Shown in pieces: positions 1 to 10,904 of a stretch of 64,000 nucleotides of DNA. The position numbers and the translations under genes were made by a program. The stretch spans positions 3,621-67,620 of the forward strand of contig JAITRE010000029.1 in assembly GCA_031288555.1 (NCBI GenBank), in the 5' to 3' direction. How positions within the stretch are numbered: the stretch's first letter is position 1; each line of letters begins with the position of its first letter. The notes beneath the pieces were generated by a model that was given only the letters and a program-made list of their open reading frames with translations, was not told the origin of the DNA and searched no databases. Source of the DNA: Oscillospiraceae bacterium. GTDB lineage: Bacteria > Bacillota > Clostridia > Oscillospirales > Acutalibacteraceae.

Positions 1-276
1 CTTGGAGAAACTATAGTCAGAAAAGTAAAAACATTAATTTTAATGGGTCAAACTACAAATGCTATTGAAGATTCTGTGAAAAATAGTGAAGGATACGAAA
101 AGAATAATCCTAAAATTATTAAAGTTGAAAATATGAAGAAGGCGGTAGATTTCTGCAGAAAAAATGCAAAATCAGGGGACATAATTGCACTTTCTCCAGC
201 TTCCGCGAGTTTTGATTCTTATGAAAATTTTAGCGAAAGAGGGAAACATTTTAAAAAATTAGTTATGTCGATTTAA
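1..276 (+). CDS. murD: UDP-N-acetylmuramoylalanine--D-glutamate ligase, C-terminal fragment (gene runs off the left edge)
   Basis: Frame 1 is open from base 1. The tail ...GDIIALSPASASFDSYENFSERGKHFKKLV resembles the conserved MurD C-terminus, and murein/division genes follow. Confidence 0.7.
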   Translation, partial: LGETIVRKVKTLILMGQTTNAIEDSVKNSEGYEKNNPKIIKVENMKKAVDFCRKNAKSGDIIALSPASASFDSYENFSERGKHFKKLVMSI

Positions 277-346
277 TTTTTTATTTATTTTGTTAAAATT
301 AATTATATTTTATAATATTGAGTTTCATTTAAAGAAAGGAAAAAAT

Positions 347-1375
347 GTGAAAGATTTAATTTTACAACTTTGTAGTTGCGATGGAGTTTCTGGAGATGAA
401 TGGGATGTTGCAAATTTAGCTCAAAAGCAACTTTCTAAATTTGTAGAAACATTTAAAGATGAACGTTTTCCAAATGTTTTAGGTAGAATTGGTAAAAAAA
501 ACTCAAGTAAAAGAATACTTTTGGATGCACATATAGATCAAATAGGTTTTATAGTTACTTATGTAAAGGATGGATTTTTAAAAATTAGCCCATGTGGAGG
601 TATTGATAAGCGTATATTTCCAGGAATTTGTGTTGAAATTTTTGGAAAAGAAAAAATTATAGGAACAGTGTGTTCAATTCCTTTACATTTAAGTTCAAAA
701 AAATACGAACAACCTTTAGAAATAGAGGAAGTTGTTATAGATAGTTTTTTATCAGAAGAAAAAGCAAAAGAACTAATACCAATAGGATCTTATGGAAATT
801 TTTTTGCACCATCTATTCAGCTTTTAGAAAATAAAATATGTTCAAAAGGTCTTGACAATCGTTCAGGTGTAGCTGTTGTTATTAAATGTGCAGAACTTCT
901 TTACAAATCAGATATAAATTGGGAAGATTTAGATTGTGAAGTATTTTTTTTGCTAAGTACAAAAGAAGAAACAGGTGAAAGTTTTGGAGCAAAAGTAGGT
1001 ACTTGGGCAACGAATCCTACAGAAGCCATTTCTGTGGATGTTAGTTTTGCAAATCAACCCAATATTAATAAAAAAAATTTAGGTGAACTTTCAAAAGGGC
1101 CAATGATAGGAATATCACCTGTGTTAAATAGAAAAATGTCTGATAAAATGATTGAAATTGCAAAGGAAAATAAAATTCCATATCAGCTTGAAATTATGAG
1201 CAACAGAACTGCAACAAATGCTGATTTTATTAGCGTTACTAGGTCGGGAGTCAAAACTTCTCTTGTTTCTATACCACTGCGTTATATGCACAGCCCTTGC
1301 GAAGTTATTGATATTAACGATTTGGAAAATACAGCTAAACTTTTATCACTTTATGTTAAATCACAAGTTGTTTGA
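347..1375 (+). CDS. M42 family (FrvX/YsdC/CelM-like) aminopeptidase
   Basis: LDAHIDQIGFIV, GLDNRSG and RYMHSPCEV motifs are typical of M42 peptidases. The ORF opens at 290, but GTG at 347 follows AAAGGA and gives the usual N-terminus. Confidence 0.8.
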   Translation: MKDLILQLCSCDGVSGDEWDVANLAQKQLSKFVETFKDERFPNVLGRIGKKNSSKRILLDAHIDQIGFIVTYVKDGFLKISPCGGIDKRIFPGICVEIFGKEKIIGTVCSIPLHLSSKKYEQPLEIEEVVIDSFLSEEKAKELIPIGSYGNFFAPSIQLLENKICSKGLDNRSGVAVVIKCAELLYKSDINWEDLDCEVFFLLSTKEETGESFGAKVGTWATNPTEAISVDVSFANQPNINKKNLGELSKGPMIGISPVLNRKMSDKMIEIAKENKIPYQLEIMSNRTATNADFISVTRSGVKTSLVSIPLRYMHSPCEVIDINDLENTAKLLSLYVKSQVV

Positions 1376-1417
1376 ATTTTTAAAAATTGTTTTTTAAATT
1401 ATCAATAAATAATTATT

Positions 1418-1462
1418 AGACTTGTTTGCTGCTTTACTTTAGTAGAAACAAGTCTATTTTTT
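1418..1462 (+). terminator. Rho-independent terminator after the M42 peptidase gene
   Basis: 10-bp stem AGACTTGTTT / AAACAAGTCT followed by ATTTTTT. Confidence 0.6.
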
Positions 1463-1743
1463 AAGATTATATTCAAGTTTTTAAAAAATTTATTTAAAAT
1501 AATTTCTGCGTTTTTAATATATTTTATTCTTTGATATATACAATGTTTTTTAAACTTAAAACTTTTTAAAATTCACTATTCTCTAAATACAGACTAGCTT
1601 ACACTAAAAATCTACGTATTGCATAATATAAATCTGAGAAACTTTTTTAAACTTTTAAATTTACAAAATTTTTAAAAACCTTCTTTTTAATGATTTTTAA
1701 AAAATTATTTATATAGTTGCTTTAACGGGGGTTTCATATTGTT

Positions 1744-2997
1744 ATGTCGAAACTTTTAATACAAGGCTCGCATCGACTTGAAGGGCAAATTTCAATACAT
1801 GGGGCTAAAAATAGTGCACTTCCTATTTTAGCTGCAACTATTTTATGTCGTGGAGAATGTGTGATACATAATTGTCCAATTTTGTCTGATGTTAATGTAT
1901 CACTAAAAATTTTAGAATATTTAGGAGCTAAGGTTAAACAAGAAAAACATGATATTATCATTAATACAGAGGATATTAATAAATATGATATTCCAGAGTT
2001 TTTAATGAGGCAAATGCGTTCGTCTATTATATTTTTAGGAGCAATAATTGCTAGAATGAACAAAGCTAAAGTTTCTTTTCCTGGTGGTTGTGAATTAGGT
2101 CCACGACCTATAGATTTGCATTTAAAAGCTTTAAAACAAATGGGTGTGGCTGTAAAAGAGTATAGTGGATGTATTGAATGCACGGTTAAAAGTGAACTAA
2201 AATCTCAGGAAATTCTACTTTCTTTTCCAAGTGTTGGTGCAACAGAAAATATAATATTAACTTCTGTGTTTACAAAAGGGATTACAAAAATTATAAACTC
2301 CGCAAGAGAGCCTGAAATAATCGACCTTATAAATTTTCTTAACAGATGCGGAGCTAAAATTTCGATAACAGATACAGGTTGCATTGTTATTGAGGGGGTA
2401 AAAAAATTATCAGGTTGCGAACACCGTGTGATACCAGACAGAATTGCAACGGCAACATATATGGCTGCGGCTGCGGTAACAAAAGGCGACGTTTTGCTTA
2501 AAGGAATTTGTTCTCGCCATTTAAGTTCTATTTTTCCTATTTTTGAAGAAATGGAAATAAATATTTCTGTTATAAAAAAACAATTAAGAGTTTGGATAAA
2601 TAAAAGACCAAAGTGTGTAAAACTAGTTAGAACAATGCCATATCCGGGTTTTCCAACGGATGCGCAATCAGTTATTATGGCTCTTTCGACATTTTGCTCT
2701 GGCACAAGTGTGTTTATAGAGAATATATTTGAAAGTAGGTATAAACACGTTGATGAGCTTACAAAGCTTGGAGCAAGTATAAAAGTGGAAGGGAAAACTG
2801 CTATTGTTGAAGGAGTAAAAAAGTTGCAAGGAAGTGCGGTAAAGTCTTATGATTTAAGAGGAGCAGCTGCTATGGTTGTTGCAGGGCTTGGCGCATATGG
2901 GGAAACTTGTTTAACAGATTTAAAACATCTTGATAGAGGTTATGAAAATGTAGAGAAAAAACTAAAAACTATTGGTGCGATGGTAAAGAAAATTTAA
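1744..2997 (+). CDS. murA: UDP-N-acetylglucosamine 1-carboxyvinyltransferase
   Basis: 417 aa. N-terminus IQGSHRLEGQISIHGAKNSALPILAA and the catalytic-Cys loop FPGGCELGPRPIDLH are both present. Confidence 0.95.
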   Translation: MSKLLIQGSHRLEGQISIHGAKNSALPILAATILCRGECVIHNCPILSDVNVSLKILEYLGAKVKQEKHDIIINTEDINKYDIPEFLMRQMRSSIIFLGAIIARMNKAKVSFPGGCELGPRPIDLHLKALKQMGVAVKEYSGCIECTVKSELKSQEILLSFPSVGATENIILTSVFTKGITKIINSAREPEIIDLINFLNRCGAKISITDTGCIVIEGVKKLSGCEHRVIPDRIATATYMAAAAVTKGDVLLKGICSRHLSSIFPIFEEMEINISVIKKQLRVWINKRPKCVKLVRTMPYPGFPTDAQSVIMALSTFCSGTSVFIENIFESRYKHVDELTKLGASIKVEGKTAIVEGVKKLQGSAVKSYDLRGAAAMVVAGLGAYGETCLTDLKHLDRGYENVEKKLKTIGAMVKKI

Positions 2998-3030
2998 AAT
3001 ATTAAATGAGTAAAGATAGAGATAACAAAT

Positions 3031-3807
3031 ATGAACAAAAAAAAACGAAGTTTTAAAAAAACAAAAGTCCGCGTTTATTTGAATCGATTTGTTATAATGT
3101 CAAGCGCTGCTTTAATTGTTTTTTTAATAGTTTCAAGTATTTCATATATTTTTCTTTTAATTAAGATAGAAAAAATTGAAGTTGAAGGAAGTAATAAGTA
3201 TAACCAAAAAGAAATTATAAAAAAAAGTGAAATTAATATTGGCGAAAATTTATTATTTTGTAATGAAGAAAAAGCAAAGCGGAATATAGAAAAATTTCTA
3301 CCTTATATAGAAAATGTAGAAATTAAAAAAATTTTACCCAATAAACTTGTAATTTTAACTTCAGAGGCTGAACCTAATTTTGTTGTAAGGGACAACGATT
3401 TTTCTTTTATGATTATAAGTTCGTCTTGGAAAATACTTGAAACAACAAATGTAAAAGACAGTAATTTAGCAGTTGTAGAAGGATTAGACGTAAAGCAGAA
3501 AGAACCTGGATTTAAGCTTGAGTGTAGAGATGCGGAAAATGAAAAGTTTTTAGCTGAATTGTTAAAAAGTCTTAAAGATAATGATTTGAGTGTGAATAAA
3601 ATAATTTTTTTAAAAGACTCTAAAAAAATTACACTTGATTATCAAAACAAAATAGAAATAATTTTAGGGCAAAATCATCAAGTTAATTATAAAATAAAAA
3701 CAGCTAAAAAACTACTCAAAGACAATATAAAAGAAAATGAATCGGGTCAATTAGATTTAACCTCTTTGCCAAAAGATGGTAAAACTTATTTTAAAAAAAA
3801 TTCTTAA
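3031..3807 (+). CDS. ftsQ: Cell division protein FtsQ/DivIB (POTRA domain)
   Basis: Basic N-terminus, one TM helix, then a POTRA-like IEKIEVEGSNKYNQKEIIKKSEINIGENLL segment. It lies directly after murA. Confidence 0.7.
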   Translation: MNKKKRSFKKTKVRVYLNRFVIMSSAALIVFLIVSSISYIFLLIKIEKIEVEGSNKYNQKEIIKKSEINIGENLLFCNEEKAKRNIEKFLPYIENVEIKKILPNKLVILTSEAEPNFVVRDNDFSFMIISSSWKILETTNVKDSNLAVVEGLDVKQKEPGFKLECRDAENEKFLAELLKSLKDNDLSVNKIIFLKDSKKITLDYQNKIEIILGQNHQVNYKIKTAKKLLKDNIKENESGQLDLTSLPKDGKTYFKKNS

Positions 3808-4520
3808 TTTGTTTTTGCTTTTTCTATTGTAGACAAAAATTCATCAAAATTAAGACTTTTTTCATCGTTATATATATACATAAACGAAATTACAATTTTG
3901 TTCTGTATTTTGAAGTAAGACACCATAGTAGGCTCGGTATCTCCAGTGTATTTAACTTTAATAGTGAAATAATCTTCCCCTGCTATTTTAAATTTTTCGC
4001 CTTTTTCAAATTCTATTTTTTTGCCGCCTTCGCTATTTTCGTCATCAGAGAGTTCTTGTTTTATAGATTCTTTAAACAATTCAAAATAACTGTCTTCGGT
4101 AATTTCTTTTTTTTCTGTTGACAGATTATCAAAACTTAAATACAGCAAAGACTTTTCGGGGCTAGTTAAAATAAAATCGAAAGTGGTGTCTTTTTTTTCA
4201 TATTCTTTTAGTTCTTCTTCAGAAAGCGCTGTTAAAGATTCAGGCTTTTTAAATTTAATATTCAGCCATGTGTTCGAAAAAGTATCTCCTTCCCAAGTTC
4301 CTTTTTTAATTTCATTTTTTCCTTCACTAGAGTTATCGTTGGATGATTTTTCTTTGTCGGAGTCAGTAGTTGGCTCTGTTTCAACTTTAGGAGTTTCTTG
4401 CTGTGTATCTTGAGGTGCATTGGAAGAGTTTTGTTTTTGATCCTCTTTCTTTTGACATCCAACTGATGATAAAGCAATTCCAATTATTGAAAAAAACACT
4501 AAAATCTTTTTAAATTTCAT
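3804..4520 (-). CDS. Secreted or lipid-anchored protein of unknown function
   Basis: Signal peptide MKFKKILVFFSIIGIALSSVGC followed by a low-complexity E/K/S/T-rich linker. The lipobox is non-canonical (S at -3). Confidence 0.55.
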   Translation of the reverse strand: MKFKKILVFFSIIGIALSSVGCQKKEDQKQNSSNAPQDTQQETPKVETEPTTDSDKEKSSNDNSSEGKNEIKKGTWEGDTFSNTWLNIKFKKPESLTALSEEELKEYEKKDTTFDFILTSPEKSLLYLSFDNLSTEKKEITEDSYFELFKESIKQELSDDENSEGGKKIEFEKGEKFKIAGEDYFTIKVKYTGDTEPTMVSYFKIQNKIVISFMYIYNDEKSLNFDEFLSTIEKAKTN

Positions 4521-4926
4521 TTTTTAAAAACCCTTTCAATAAAATAATTTTAAATTATATCAAGACAATACTTACGAATACTTTACTTATTATTACCATA
4601 TTTTAAAAAGTTATAAATACTTTTTATATTTTTATATTATAAACTGACCGGAACTTTAGATTATTTTCTGCAGAAATTTTAGTTTAAATAATATTTTTTC
4701 TACTTAAATATTACTATAAAATCTTTAAAGAGACAACTTTTTTCTTTATTTTAAAAATTTACTTAAATTTTTGAAACGCATACTTTAAAATTTTAAAAAT
4801 GAATTATTTTAAATGTTAGACAAAAATACGTATTGCTTTTAAAATAGATTAGCTATACAATTTTAAAGATACATATAAACGTAACAAAAATCGGTTCGAA
4901 GTAATCGCTGAAAAAGGGGAAATATT

Positions 4927-6018
4927 GTGGTACATGATAAAAATAAATCTTTAGAGGCGGCTCTTGCTCAAATAGAAAGGCAGTTTGGCAAAGGTTCTAT
5001 TATGCGTTTGGGTCAAAATCAAGCAATGAACGTTGATGTAATACCTACAGGTTCACTTTCTGTTGATAATGCTTTGGGAATAGGTGGCCTTCCTAAAGGA
5101 AGGATAGTCGAAATATTTGGTCCGGAATCTTCTGGGAAAACTACGCTTGCTTTGCATTGTATTGCACAGGGGCAGAAAATTGGTGGTTATGCTGCATTTA
5201 TAGATGTTGAACATGCGTTAGATCCAAAATACGCTAAAATTTTAGGAGTTGATGTTGATTCACTAATGGTTTCGCAACCGGATACAGGTGAGCAAGCTCT
5301 TGAAATAACAGAAGCTCTTGTTCGTTCTTTAGCTGTTAATGTTGTGGTAGTAGATTCTGTAGCGGCTCTTGTTCCTAGAGTTGAAATAGAAGGTGATATG
5401 GGTGAGTCTCATATGGGTTTGCAAGCAAGGTTAATGTCTCAGGCGCTTAGAAAATTAGCAGGTTCTATATCAAAGTCAGGTTGTGTTGTTATTTTTATAA
5501 ACCAACTTAGAGAAAAAGTAGGAAATATTTATGGAAACCCAGAAGTAACTCCTGGAGGTAGAGCTTTAAAGTTTTATTCTTCTGTTAGAATAGATATACG
5601 AAGAAAAGAGGCTTTAAAAATTGCAGATCAAATAATTGGCTCTCGTACTAAAGTTAAAATTGTTAAAAATAAAATGTTTCCTCCGTTTCGCGAAGCTGAA
5701 TTTGATATTATGTATGGTCGAGGAATTTCAAAAGAAGGTGAAATTTTAGATTTTGCAATTAAATATGGAATTATAGAAAAAAGCGGCACATGGTTTTCTT
5801 GCAATAAAATTAAACTGGGCCAAGGGCGTGATAAAGCAAAAGAGTATTTGCTTAGTAATAAGAAATTTTCAAACAGCATAGAAGAAAAAATTAAAGAAAA
5901 GTTAAATTCAATTAATAAAGGCAACGAAAAAGAGAAATCAAACAATATTGAAAAAGTAAGCACTAAAAAACAAAGCGATTTTGAAGATATAGATGTGGCA
6001 GTTGGAAACTTAGCTTAG
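4927..6018 (+). CDS. recA: Recombinase RecA
   Basis: GTG start after [26 protein letters not shown], Walker [10 protein letters not shown] and [10 protein letters not shown] are present. The C-terminal tail is extended and Lys/Glu-rich. Confidence 0.97.
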   Translation: MVHDKNKSLEAALAQIERQFGKGSIMRLGQNQAMNVDVIPTGSLSVDNALGIGGLPKGRIVEIFGPESSGKTTLALHCIAQGQKIGGYAAFIDVEHALDPKYAKILGVDVDSLMVSQPDTGEQALEITEALVRSLAVNVVVVDSVAALVPRVEIEGDMGESHMGLQARLMSQALRKLAGSISKSGCVVIFINQLREKVGNIYGNPEVTPGGRALKFYSSVRIDIRRKEALKIADQIIGSRTKVKIVKNKMFPPFREAEFDIMYGRGISKEGEILDFAIKYGIIEKSGTWFSCNKIKLGQGRDKAKEYLLSNKKFSNSIEEKIKEKLNSINKGNEKEKSNNIEKVSTKKQSDFEDIDVAVGNLA

Positions 6019-6084
6019 AATAAAAAGCTTTTGTATTTTGAATAATTTTTATTTATTAAAAATATTAAAGGAGATAGACTTCAA

Positions 6085-6753
6085 ATGCTTTCAATAGCTA
6101 TTGATGGTCCTGCGGCTGCGGGCAAAAGTACAACATCTAAAAAAATAGCTTGTAAGCTTAAATTTTTGTATGTAGATACAGGAGCTCTTTATAGAGCTGT
6201 TGGTTTTGAAGTTTTGAACTCAAAAATTAGTTTATTAGATGAATCTTCTATTAAAAATTTATTAAAATGTACAAATATAAATTTTGTTTTTAAAAATAAC
6301 TGCGCTGAGGTTATTTTGAACAAAAAAAATATCACTAGTTTAATAAGAACTGAAGAAGTTTCTATGATTGCATCTTGTATATCCAAAGTAGATTTTGTAA
6401 GAAGTTTTCTTATCGATATACAAAGAAGTATTTCGAAGAATAATAACGTTGTTATGGAAGGGAGAGATATAGGAACAACTATTTTACCAAATGCGTCACT
6501 GAAAATTTTTTTAACTGCTTCGTTGAACGAAAGAGCTAGGCGACGTTATTTACAACTTTCGAAAAATAAAATAAATGTCAGTTATCAAAAAGTTTTAGAA
6601 GATTTAAAGAGTCGCGATGAAAATGATATAACAAGGAAATTTTCTCCGTTAAAACAAGCTAAAGATGCATTTTTTTTAGACAATACCAATTTTAATCTTG
6701 AAGAAACAACAGAGAAAATTTTATCTTTAGTTAAACATAAAATTAACATATAA
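6085..6753 (+). CDS. cmk: Cytidylate kinase
   Basis: IAIDGPAAAGKSTTSK P-loop, YVDTGALYRAV and GRDIGT motifs. Confidence 0.92.
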   Translation: MLSIAIDGPAAAGKSTTSKKIACKLKFLYVDTGALYRAVGFEVLNSKISLLDESSIKNLLKCTNINFVFKNNCAEVILNKKNITSLIRTEEVSMIASCISKVDFVRSFLIDIQRSISKNNNVVMEGRDIGTTILPNASLKIFLTASLNERARRRYLQLSKNKINVSYQKVLEDLKSRDENDITRKFSPLKQAKDAFFLDNTNFNLEETTEKILSLVKHKINI

Positions 6754-6792
6754 TTTTTATATTTCTCGATTTATTTTTAAAAGAGGGATTTT

Positions 6793-7242
6793 ATGCAAAA
6801 CTCTTTAAAAGAAAAAACTCTTCCAGAAAAATCTGTTTTGGCATTACGTATAAAATATTCTATTTTTTTATTTATTGTTGCTTTTCTCTGCGGAAGTTTG
6901 GCGGTGTTTAGCGGATATCTATCGATTATTGTTTTGTTAATTTCTTTAGTGGTAGGTTTGTATGTAATTTGTTTTTATGCAAAAAGAAGAAGTCTGAGTG
7001 TGAGTTATTCATTTGACGAAAAGTATTTTGTAATTTCAAAAGGTGTATATTTTTGCAACAATATACAAATAAGGCTTTCACAAGTCCAATATATAGATAA
7101 AATTACAACACTCATACAGAAAATGCTTGGATTGTGTAATTTAGTTTTTTGTATGACAGGAACAAAAATATCACTTGAAAATATTTCTTTAGAAGATGCG
7201 CAGCAAATACTAAAGGAAGTAAAATGTTATGAAAAAGGCTGA
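6793..7242 (+). CDS. Membrane protein with bacterial PH (bPH_2) domain, YdbS-like
   Basis: Two TM helices followed by a PH-like domain. It overlaps and pairs with the larger YdbT-like gene, as in the Bacillus ydbS-ydbT pair. Confidence 0.6.
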   Translation: MQNSLKEKTLPEKSVLALRIKYSIFLFIVAFLCGSLAVFSGYLSIIVLLISLVVGLYVICFYAKRRSLSVSYSFDEKYFVISKGVYFCNNIQIRLSQVQYIDKITTLIQKMLGLCNLVFCMTGTKISLENISLEDAQQILKEVKCYEKG

Positions 7243-8659
7243 AAATTATTTTAAAGTCAGCAGGTATACAATTTTTGAATATTTGTATCGTTTTGCTTTT
7301 GTTTTAATTCTTCCAGTAACACAACAAATTTTATCTTGTATTTTAGACCCTTCCAAAATAATAAGTGCGATTACTACAAATACTTTTTTAGTATTCATTT
7401 TAGTAAATTGGGCTTATTTGGAATGTAAATCAAAAAAATATTCTGTAAAAGATAGTAAACTGTTTTTTACAAAAGGTTTTTTAATAAATCATGAATGTTC
7501 TGTAGATTTTTGTAAATTGCAATCAGTTCTTATAAGAAAAAATTTTTTAACTTTAGTTTTTTCTGCAAATAAATTGTTTTTTGAAACTTCGAGCTCTAAT
7601 AAATCAAAACCTGATATATCTCTTACTTTAAATAAAAAAAAATCAGAATCATTAGTTTTTGAAGTTATTCCCTTAAGTCAAATAAAAAAAACATACAAAG
7701 TAAAAATAAGCAGAGTTCTTCTAATGTCGTTAACTTGGTCAAACCCTTTAACAGGTCTTTTGTTGTTGTCTCCTTTTTTTGAACGAATTGGAAAGATGAT
7801 GGGTAATAAATTAAGAGATAAATTTTATTCAACAATAGATTCAAACCTCGATTTTGCTCTTTTAGGAGTTTCTCCTTTAATTACGGCTATTATAAGAATA
7901 CTGATAGTCGGATGGTTTGTTGCTTTTTTTGTTCATATGTTTAAATTTATAAATTTTAAATCAAATTGGATGAAGAATGTCGTATTTATAAACAAAGGAA
8001 TATTAGTTAATTTGCAAATAGCAATTTGTTTAAACAATGTTAACGTTATAATGTTGAGACAAACTTTAATTATGAAATTTTTAAAAATATACAATGTTTA
8101 TGTCGATGTAAATAGTTGCAAAAAAAATAAAAAAGATCAAAATCTTGTTTTACTCTATTCTAGAAAAGAAGAAATAGAAAAAGTTTTAGAAGATTTTTTT
8201 ATTTTTCCAGCACATAATAATGAAAAAATAAAAATGTCCCCAGAAACTCGCAATGGATTTATTTTGGCACCATCGATAATTTTTGTTACTTCAATTATAA
8301 TTTTTATTTTTGTTATTTTAAACAAACATAAAAATATTTATTTAGCGTTTAGTATTTTTTATATAATGTTTTCTATATGGTGGTTATGTTTAAAAATTTT
8401 AGCATTTAAAATTTCTGGCGTATCATTAGAACAGAAGAACATAGTAATAAGCAGTTATAATTATTTTTCCATTTATTCGAGCGTTATATCTATTGATAAA
8501 GTTCAACTTTTTAAAATTTATCAAAGTCTTCCACAGAAAAAATCTAAACTCTGCAGTGTAGAATTTTTTCTTTTTTCAAAAAATAAAAAACGATTTAAAG
8601 TAGATAATTTGCAGTTGTCTAAAGTAGAAAAATTATTAAGTATTATTAAAGAATTTTGA
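7229..8659 (+). CDS. Multi-PH-domain membrane protein, YdbT-like
   Basis: 476 aa with alternating TM pairs and PH-like modules. It has a 14-nt overlap with the upstream YdbS-like gene. Confidence 0.55.
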   Translation: MKKAENYFKVSRYTIFEYLYRFAFVLILPVTQQILSCILDPSKIISAITTNTFLVFILVNWAYLECKSKKYSVKDSKLFFTKGFLINHECSVDFCKLQSVLIRKNFLTLVFSANKLFFETSSSNKSKPDISLTLNKKKSESLVFEVIPLSQIKKTYKVKISRVLLMSLTWSNPLTGLLLLSPFFERIGKMMGNKLRDKFYSTIDSNLDFALLGVSPLITAIIRILIVGWFVAFFVHMFKFINFKSNWMKNVVFINKGILVNLQIAICLNNVNVIMLRQTLIMKFLKIYNVYVDVNSCKKNKKDQNLVLLYSRKEEIEKVLEDFFIFPAHNNEKIKMSPETRNGFILAPSIIFVTSIIIFIFVILNKHKNIYLAFSIFYIMFSIWWLCLKILAFKISGVSLEQKNIVISSYNYFSIYSSVISIDKVQLFKIYQSLPQKKSKLCSVEFFLFSKNKKRFKVDNLQLSKVEKLLSIIKEF

Positions 8660-8852
8660 AAAATAAAAAAGGACTTTGATAAGTTTTTTAAAATTTTACA
8701 AATAAAAGTTGTGTTTTTGATTTAAAGTTTAGATATTTTAGTTATTTAAATTTTTAAAAGTTTATTTTAATTGTTTAATATTTTATAATGTAGAATAGAG
8801 TTTGAATTAAAAACATTATAAAAATAAAGCATTAAATGAAAAGGAGAAAATT

Positions 8853-10241
8853 TTGCAGAAAGTAAAAGAGTTGTTAAATAAGTACAGTGCAAATCAAAAG
8901 CCTTTTGTTTTTGTTAAAACATATGGCTGTCAACAAAATGTGTCTGATTCTGAAAGAATAAAAGGAATTTTTATAAGCATGGGATGTATTTTAACAAATA
9001 TTAAAGAAAAAGCCGATGTTATAGTATTTAATACTTGTGCAATTAGAGAAAATGCAGAACATAGGGTTTTTGGTAATTTGGGACAATTAAAAAATTTAAA
9101 AAATAGAAATCCTAATTTATTAATTATTGTTTGCGGATGTATGACGGAACAAGAACATATTGGTGAAAAAATAAGATCAATATTTCCTTTTGTTGAAGTT
9201 ATATTTGGTACGAATTTTATAGGAAATTTAAAAGATTTTATATTTGAATCGCTTAGAAAACGCAGTTTGAATTTAAAAAAATCTATTGCTGAAAACTATA
9301 ATAATTTAAAGTTGCGTAGAGATTGTTTAAGTGAAGAAATACCTCGACAAAGGGATAATAAAATAACGGCTTTTGTTCCAATAATGTATGGATGTGATAA
9401 TTTTTGTACGTATTGTATAGTTCCATATGTTAGGGGAAGAGAAGTAAGTAGGAGCATCGAGAGCATTAAAAAAGAAGTAGAAAATTTAGTAAATTTAGGA
9501 TATAAAGAAATAATTCTTCTTGGACAAAATGTTAATTCTTATGGAAAAGATTTGGGAAGTAGTTTTACTGAAGTTTTAAGAGAAGTTACGAAGATAGATG
9601 GAGATTTTTGGGTAAGATTTATGACTTCTCATCCAAAAAATATAACAAAAGATATGATTGATGAAATTGCATCAAATGAGAAAATCTGCAAAAGTCTTCA
9701 TTTGCCATTTCAATCTGGTTGTGATAAAGTTCTTTACGACATGAATAGAAAATATACACGCAAAGAATATCTTGCTATTATAGATTATGCAAAACTAAAA
9801 ATTCCTGATATTTTGTTTACAAGTGATGTTATTGTTGGTTTTCCTTCAGAAATCTACGATGATTTCAAAGAAACGCTTTCTCTTGTAAAAACAGTTAAAT
9901 TTTCTTCATTATTTACTTTTATTTATTCAAAAAGAAAAGGAACCTTAGCTTACAACATGAAAGATAATGTTTCTTGTGAAGAAAAGGCTAAATGGTTTTC
10001 TGAGCTTTTGAAGTTGCAAAGAAGTATTTCTGCAAGTATTTATTCAAGTTTTGTTGACAGAAATTTAAAGGTTTTGGTAAAAGAAAGTAGAAATAAAAAA
10101 AATTTTGGTTTTGCAAAAACGAATGGAGATCTTGTTGTTAATTTAGAAAATTATAAAGAAGAATTTAAAGGAAAATTTTGTATAGCAAAAATTATTGGTT
10201 TTAAAGAGCGAGTTTTAAGAGGCATTGTGACCTCGTTTTAA
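8853..10241 (+). CDS. miaB: tRNA-i6A37 methylthiotransferase MiaB (radical SAM)
   Basis: TTG start after AAAGGAG. UPF0004 N-domain (TYGCQQNVSDSE), radical-SAM CDNFCTYC motif and a C-terminal TRAM-like domain. Confidence 0.88.
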   Translation: MQKVKELLNKYSANQKPFVFVKTYGCQQNVSDSERIKGIFISMGCILTNIKEKADVIVFNTCAIRENAEHRVFGNLGQLKNLKNRNPNLLIIVCGCMTEQEHIGEKIRSIFPFVEVIFGTNFIGNLKDFIFESLRKRSLNLKKSIAENYNNLKLRRDCLSEEIPRQRDNKITAFVPIMYGCDNFCTYCIVPYVRGREVSRSIESIKKEVENLVNLGYKEIILLGQNVNSYGKDLGSSFTEVLREVTKIDGDFWVRFMTSHPKNITKDMIDEIASNEKICKSLHLPFQSGCDKVLYDMNRKYTRKEYLAIIDYAKLKIPDILFTSDVIVGFPSEIYDDFKETLSLVKTVKFSSLFTFIYSKRKGTLAYNMKDNVSCEEKAKWFSELLKLQRSISASIYSSFVDRNLKVLVKESRNKKNFGFAKTNGDLVVNLENYKEEFKGKFCIAKIIGFKERVLRGIVTSF

Positions 10242-10404
10242 AGAATATTGTTATTGTATAATGTTGTTTACACTTTTTCTTTTGAGTATTATAATGATTT
10301 TAGTAGTTTTAAATTGAGTGCTTTATTTTAAGGGTAGATTTTTTAGAATGTAAAACGCTTTTGGGTTTTAGGCTAATTTTTTTTAAAAAGGGGGTTATTC
10401 TTCA

Positions 10405-10845
10405 GTGAAAACGAAAGTAACTTTAAATATTTGCGGACTTGATTATACAATTTCTTCTGATGATGATGTAAATTATGTAAAAGCTATTGCTGATGAAGTT
10501 ATTCAAAGCATTGAAAGAATTATGAAGAATAATTCTAAAGTTTCAACTGCTATGGCGGCAACTCTTGCTGCTTTAGAATATTGTGATGCTGCTAAAAAAG
10601 CCACAATTGGTGCTGATAATTTGCGTGCGCAAATAAAAAGTTACTTAGAAGATGTAGCTGAGGCTAAATCTGAAATCGAAGAAAAGAAAAGGCAGATTGC
10701 GCAATTGCATTTTGAAATTAAAGCTTTGAGACTTAAAACTATGCATCTTAGTGTTGTTGACGCTGAGAATAAAGCATCTAAGTTAGAAAATGTAGTTTTA
10801 GAACTTAAGTCAAAAAAGAGTATTTGCTCTGATCAAGATCTATAG
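10405..10845 (+). CDS. zapA: Cell division protein ZapA
   Basis: GTG start after AAAGGGGG. VTLNICGLDYTISSDDD...MAATLAALEY is ZapA-like, followed by a coiled-coil tail. Confidence 0.7.
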   Translation: MKTKVTLNICGLDYTISSDDDVNYVKAIADEVIQSIERIMKNNSKVSTAMAATLAALEYCDAAKKATIGADNLRAQIKSYLEDVAEAKSEIEEKKRQIAQLHFEIKALRLKTMHLSVVDAENKASKLENVVLELKSKKSICSDQDL

Positions 10846-10904
10846 AAATTTTAATTTATTTTTTTAAATTTTTGGAGTTATTTTTAGATTTTTAGGGGTT
10901 TTAT

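Noticed and set aside
1734-2705. ORFs 1734-2183 and 2205-2705 on the minus strand
   Set aside because: They are entirely antisense to the unambiguous murA gene and have no RBS or recognisable motifs. This is a typical shadow-ORF artefact.
1613-4836. Shared 10-mer TACGTATTGC upstream of murA (1613-1622) and recA (4827-4836)
   Set aside because: With ~15 kb of AT-rich intergenic DNA, many chance 10-mer matches are expected, and there is no further flanking similarity.
4521-4926. LexA (Cheo box, CGAACNNNNGTTCG) upstream of recA
   Set aside because: There is no GAAC-N4-GTTC element. The only palindrome is AATACGTATT (~4826-4835), which does not match the consensus.
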